From Mantamonas sphyraenae STR306 (lineage: Eukaryota; Protista; CRuMs), in the NCBI GenBank assembly GCA_026936335.1, contig JAPMXV010000011.1, positions 124,001 to 188,000 on the forward strand: a stretch of 64,000 nucleotides of DNA, read 5' to 3'. Below, in pieces: positions 58,386-64,000 of the stretch (positions are counted from its first letter, which is position 1; each line of letters opens with the position of its first letter). A program made the position numbers and the translations under genes. The notes beneath the pieces were generated by a model that did no database searches, had not been told where the DNA came from, and saw only the letters and a program-made list of their open reading frames with translations.

Positions 58386-61300
58386 CTCCGTTTGAGTGGT
58401 GTTGGTATGATCATTGGACGTGTCCGTGACTGCTGCTTCGCTCGGCCTGCTGAATGGAACGGGTCGTTGTCCCGATTTGATCTGCTCCACAGTGATCCAG
58501 AAAAATGCCTCGCACGAGTGCTGGTCTCGTTGCATTGCTACGTGCAGCGGAATCTTCACGTCGTTGTGAATTTCCCGTTGCAGTAGTGCAAACAAGGTCT
58601 GCTTGCGTGTGTGGTGGTTGCGCGATCTGCTGCATCGGGGACAGTACTGCAGCCTGCCCAGAGGTTTACGCGACACATTGGTGTTGAAACTGAGTGTCTT
58701 CCCACACCTGTGCACCTTGGATGTGCGATACTCGTCGAGGTCCTTGACCACGTTGTAGTACGCGGCGAGCCTGTCCAGCACGTCCCCAGTGCGTCCCCCC
58801 AGGCTTGACTGCTTCTTGCCTCCAACCACAAGCACATCGTTCTTGGGCATGTCTCTGTCGGACATCATCTCCAGCGTCTTGTCGATTGTCCTTCTGAGGA
58901 AACGGGCCTGTGTGCGTGTGCCCCCTTTCCTTTGCCTCATCTCGTTGTGAGTCATGGTCGGCACGGACATCTGGAACACTGTGTCGTTGTGCGTCCACAT
59001 GAGAACCCAAGTGTCACGCGTTACGCCCCAGTCGACAAAAGCAAAGAGGGTATCGTTGACCATCTCTTTCCAAGCGGGTGTTGTCTGCGACTCGTCCTGC
59101 TCGCTCTCCATGCCACCACTAGTCACTTCCGCCTCCCTGTCCTGCGCACCGTTGTCAGCCCCTGTGCCAAGCGCCCGTGCCACGTCCTCCTCCCTGTCCT
59201 GCGCTCCATCGCCAGCCCCTGTGCCAAGCGCCCGTGCCACGTCCTCCTCCCTGTCCTGCGCTCCATCGCCAGCCTCTGTGCCAAGCGCCCGTGCCACGTC
59301 CTCCTCCCTGTCCTGCGCTCCATCGCCAGCCTCCGTGCCCAACGCCTGTGTCTCGTTCTCCGGGCTGCTCGTTCCCGTCTCTTCCTCCGTCGCGCCTTCA
59401 CCACTCTTCTTCGTACTCCAACCCCCGATGTCTCTGAACTTGTACACACCGCGCTTGCCAACCTTGCTTCCCATGTCTTTCATATGGTTCCAGTTCTCCT
59501 TTGCGACGAACCTTGCCATCCACGGGGGCAACTCATCCGTGAATTGCAACATGTTGATTGCAGTTGTGAACAGGGGCGCCGTCAGCTTGTTCAACCAGTT
59601 CTTCTTCTTGTCCTTGGTGCTCGTGTCGCCGTTCCCGCGGCGGACTTGAAGTTCCGCGAAGATGTACCAAAGATGACGCAGGCACTCTTCCTCCAGCCTC
59701 GTGACCAGAGCAGGGTCACCACGCGTCATGGGGTCAGTCACAAGGTTCTGCGGGTAGAAAATCGAGACACCCGCGCCTGTGTCTGACTCTCGCACAGTCC
59801 CTTTCCACCTCATCAGCTGGCTCGGCCTCATATGTTCAACCACGGGAGCGTGTGCAATGAGGCTCGCAAACAGATCATCGAGCAGGGGTCCAGGTTCGCA
59901 CGCGTGTACCCGCCACCACGAAAGCGAGTATGCCGCATCCTCCGGGATGCTGCTGTGATCTGCCTTCCACGCTTTCAGCACACGGCCACACGCCCCACTG
60001 TTCAGCTTTCCTGCGTGCACGTCCTTCCATCGCTCATCGCTGTGGAGTAGGAACGGAACCAGCAGCCTTTTGGCCTCCACTGGGCTAAAGTCGACTGCGT
60101 TGACGCTGTGTTCGTCGCCGAGATCCTCGATGAGGCCATGGAGGATGCACAAGTAGATGTGTCGCGTCTGTTTTGCCCTCTTGCCTGTGGTTTTGGTGGC
60201 CAGCATCGACTTCTTCTCGTCCATCTCGCCCAGGACGCGCACCGCAACCGCATGGGCAGCCTCGTACTCTGGCTTTTGCCTGAGCTCGTTCCCCGTCCTG
60301 ATGACCTGCTCTTGCGCCCTGGACCTTGTCTTCCTCGCTTCTGCTTGCAAGACATCGTGGACGACGCCAAGGTAGTCTTTTCCGACGCCGTGCCGGGCCA
60401 GCGCCGGCACGATGCGTGTCTCGCCGTAGTGGGCAACGATGGCGTCGCACGCCGCAAGCACCACCATCTGCTCCGCCTTGTCGACATCATCTGTGGCCAT
60501 GGTCGTTTGGTGTTTCACCAGGGCGAAGAAGAGCAGTGTCTGCTTCGAGGTCACCATCTTCTTCAGCTCGTTGCGCAGCCGGTCGCAGAGCATCGTACGC
60601 ATGTGCTGTGTGGCGGGCCCAAGGTCTCCTGCTGCGGTCAGGTCCAGGTCCAGCGTGTGGTCGCCACGGCCGTCGTCAACGACAACGTGCCCTTCGGTGT
60701 TGATGGCCAACGGCCTTCCGGCATGGGAGAGTAGATCTCCCACCAGGGAGTCACTTGAGCTGCTGATGATGTAGCGATCCACCAACGTCTGGATGCTTTT
60801 GAGTTTCTCCTGAGCATCGTCGCACTCCCAAGCGCTGGCGACTGCCAACACTCTGCCGGCAACTTCCATCACACTGGGCACAAGGTTGGCAAACTTGCGG
60901 GTGAGGTGCATCACCGTGACACTGTTCTCCACTTTCATGGCGTGGAACCGAGTCGCACCGGCGCTGGCAATCGCGTGCAGCAGACCGAGATCGAAGGGAA
61001 CCACACTGCCATTGCCGGGGAAAACATCGTCCAGGGCCCCTTGAAGGATCGTCGAGACTTGTGATACGAGCTCCTTCTTGTCCTTGGGCGGTGATTCGGC
61101 TGCGCTCTTTGGCCTGGTCAGGCCTTGCGGCGCGGGCGGTTGCTCCCTTGTGAACTCTGGGCGATCCTGCAGAGTCCCAATGGCACGTGCCGTCATCTTC
61201 TGGCCGTGCAGTGCACCGGTGTGATAAACCATGCCTCGCTGGGTTTCGTCGTACATCGACTCTGCCCTCATGTGCTCCAGGTCCTCGTCGGTAACAACCA

Positions 61301-64000
61301 CGCGCTTCACCCGAAACCGGAGCGACTGGAAGAGTTGAAGAGCGGTATAGCAGCCGTTGAGAGCGTTTGCTTGAGTGCGCAAGAGCCTGGTCAGCGGGAA
61401 AGTCGCGGCATCTGGCACCATCAACCCGTCCCTGCCCAGAGTCGCGCCAGTGCCGTCCAGCTGTGGGGCCAACTCGTGTTGCAGGTAGCGCACAACGGCG
61501 TCCAGGGGTTTGTCCTCGCTGAGGTCGCGTGTCCACTCTTTGGTGCGGTGGGTGTACGGCACGTTTGAGTTGTACAGCACGTTGATGTTTTCGCAGACGC
61601 GCTGAAACACATCGTTGTCCTTGTTGCCAGCGAGGATGATGGCCAACGCCAGTCTGCCGTTGCCCAGCTCGAGAGCCAGAGACACCTTGGCAACCACCCC
61701 CGTAGGCTGGTCTTGCGCTGGTCGCCGCGGCAAAACCCACCGGGCACCGCCTTGCACATTGAAAGCCATCGATACAGCCCTGGCCACACAGTCGGGACCA
61801 GACACAGCTTTCGTCACGTTGCCTCGGTGATTGATGACCTGAAGTCGGAAGTGGTTCTCGTTAATGCCCTGCGAGAGCAGAAACAGGGCGCCAACCCACT
61901 CGACGATTCTCGGGTACGTTGTGTGCGCCCTCAGCCAGATGGTATGCTCGTTGTCCACTTCTCGCAGACGCTGTGCGATGTCCTCGACTGACTCGGGCCG
62001 GAAGTCCTCAACGAGCTTCTGCAATGTCAGGTACGGCTTGATCTTGTTCTTGCGCTTCCTGTTGGTACTCTCCACTGTGCTAAGGGCAATGAGCAGCCTC
62101 TGTTGCTGGGCAGCTGTGACTCCTGGCGAACCTCGCAGCACATCTTCCATGGTGGCCAGCCCCAGGCAAACCACAACGGGGTGCGTGCCACGCACGTGGT
62201 CCACAGTCATCTTGTCAAAGGCCACGCTCGCCAAATCCAGGATGTTAACCACGCTTGACGACAACCCCGGGGTCTCTTCCATCTGCCCTGCCTCCTCCGT
62301 TGCCTCCTTCTGCTTGACCAACGCTTCCAAGCTGCTCTTGGACACTTTGCCGTTTGGCAGCTCCTTCTTCAGCTCCTTTTTGATGTCACGCACGTCACCC
62401 GTGCGCTGCACAGTGCCTTGTTCGCTGAACCACACGCAGGTGGCATCCACCTGCTCGTCGTCGACGTACTTCAGGGCGGTGTTGCGCATCCCATGACCAA
62501 TGCCGGTCACCAAATCCTCACGTGATGCTTGGTTATCGAACCGGACTTGCTCATCGTGGACTTTGGCCTCATGGACCCTGGGCTTGTGGCGTTTGCGTGA
62601 CCGGTTCCCCTTCCTCGGTTGCTTTCCCGGCTTCCCCTTCCTCAGTTGCTTTCTATGCCTTCCCTTCTTCTGCTGCTGGGCAACCTGGTTCCTTGCTGCC
62701 TGTTGCACCCGCACAGGCGCCCGTGAAAGCGACATCGGAGAGGTGGAGCCCATGGAGAACACAACACGCGCCTGTGTTCCCTGCTGCAGCACGACGTTCC
62801 CATCCACATACGATGAGTAGTCGTCGTGAACGCGATCGTCATCAAACACTCGCCAATGCGTGTCGTCCACACCCAGGACGAGTACGTAGTGGCCTGCCAA
62901 ACCATCGCCCAGATAGATGCCGATGGCCACCGCCTCACTGACGTCCATCCGCTCCACGACGGAGTTGCGTTCGTACGTGATCAAACAGTTTTCGGTGCAG
63001 GTGATCTCGTCTGTTTCCGTGCCAATCACCGTTGAGCATCTTCCACTAGAGCATGTCCATTGGAACTCTGCAACGTGGCCACTGTTAGCAGGCACGCTTG
63101 CAATGCTCGCCTGTGCTTCCACACTGGTCACCTTGTTGCCACACGAACAAAAAGCCTCCCTGGTTGTTGTTGAAAGTGCAGACGGGACGCCAGCGTTCTT
63201 GGCCTCCTCAAAAAGTGCCACGTGCTTCTCGTTTGCCAGCACCCTGTCGTCCATGGGCACGCGACTGGTGTCAAACGCACGAATGGCATGCTTGCTATCG
63301 ACACAACTGCAGAAGGTTGCCCACAAACACCCATAACTGCGGGAGAATGGGAGGCGTGGGGTGAGTGTGTGTGTGCAGGGTGCAGGCGCGCGTGGCGGCG
63401 CGCGTGTGGGCGCGTGTGTGGGGTCGATTCTCGCAACCTACGTCTCAGTCGAGCTTTGCTGGTGCCTCACAAGCCCGGAGTTGGAAACAACGGCGTCTGC
63501 ATGTAGCAGGAGCATCCATACTGTGCTGTCGTCAGCAGGAATGCCTTCCATTCCGGTGAGGTAGGCGAAGAGACCGACTAAACACCTGCCTTGCCACCTC
63601 CAATCTTCATGTACGTCCAGAGCCACAAGCCCGTTCGCGCCAACACTGAGAAGCAGCGCACGCACGGCGACGGTAGCGTGACACAACAATGCCATCGGGT
63701 TCCTTTGAGACGTGGGTTCGAGAGACCTGTCAGCAAAGGCACGAGCCGCGCCGGCACGCGCCAGAAAAAAACCTACTCTATGCCTCTCTTGCACTCTGCT
63801 ACAGTGGCACGGACATCCGTCACTGTGTTCAGATGCTCCACGGCGTCGGCAACAGTGCGTGTGCTCGGGGAAAGTGCGTCAGCAACGCCAGCGAGAGCAT
63901 CTGCACGCTGCTCCTGTGGCGTTGCGTCCCAAACTACCCAGGGCAGCACGTGTGAGTGTCTCTCTGCATAGACCCTGCAATCCAGGCCATACGTACCTTT
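58380..64000 (-). CDS. Fanzor1-like (TnpB-family) RuvC nuclease with N-terminal USP/C19-like deubiquitinase domain; 5'-truncated (exons >64000-63997, 63913-63777, 63702-63442, 63336-58380)
   Basis: RuvC-I FVDWG (D 59031-33), RuvC-II LDEYRTSK (E 58731-33), Zn-finger HRC...CPRC, RuvC-III QRDQHS (D 58524-26), terminal GQRPVPFSR; spliced GIENPMALLCHA (Cys box), HQQSSTE, AGHYV, WRVFDDDRV. Confidence 0.8.
59132..59345 (-). repeat. 57-bp coding tandem repeat (~3.7 copies; ALGTEAGDGAQDREEDVAR)
   Basis: Period 57 (59161, 59218, 59275), in frame, just N-terminal of RuvC-I. Confidence 0.92.

Noticed and set aside
59132-59345. CRISPR-like array next to a RuvC nuclease
   Set aside because: Units are contiguous with no unique spacers and are in-frame coding; it is a minisatellite
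58069-64000. Terminal inverted repeats or target-site duplication for the Fanzor element
   Set aside because: The other end lies outside the window, so neither can be established; no mobile_element feature was called
1-64000. Prokaryotic operon, tRNA or rRNA genes
   Set aside because: Spliceosomal introns and eukaryote-specific genes throughout; no tRNA or rRNA signature seen by eye

Overview
Eukaryotic, GC-rich, very gene-dense window with short GT-AG introns and (CA)n/(TG)n tracts. It most likely comes from a flagellated protist (CFAP57 present); the taxon cannot be assigned from sequence alone. About 19 protein genes, in order: FCP1/NIF-type phosphatase 3' end, DUF6787-like membrane protein, MCM10, a VCPIP1-like OTU deubiquitinase fused to PFU/PUL domains, a 3-kb tandem duplication carrying two copies of a secreted Cys-rich repeat precursor, a multipass membrane protein, a CDC123-like ATP-grasp protein with a CaaX tail, G-protein beta, a two-domain transmembrane adenylyl cyclase, BORCS8-like, FIS1, kinesin-14, CFAP57, a pseudokinase-HECT fusion, a giant CRAL-TRIO plus multi-RasGAP protein, a four-domain EEEE voltage-gated channel and a long-chain acyl-CoA synthetase. 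The standout is at the right end (58380->64000, minus strand). It is an intron-containing gene whose C-terminus is a Fanzor1/TnpB-type RuvC nuclease with an intact D-E-D triad. Its spliced N-terminus is a USP (C19)-type deubiquitinase domain with Cys, His and Asp boxes. It is followed by a ~250-nt multi-hairpin region where an omegaRNA is expected. This is a candidate RNA-guided nuclease/deubiquitinase fusion. Several single-base frameshifts in conserved genes suggest indel errors in the assembly.
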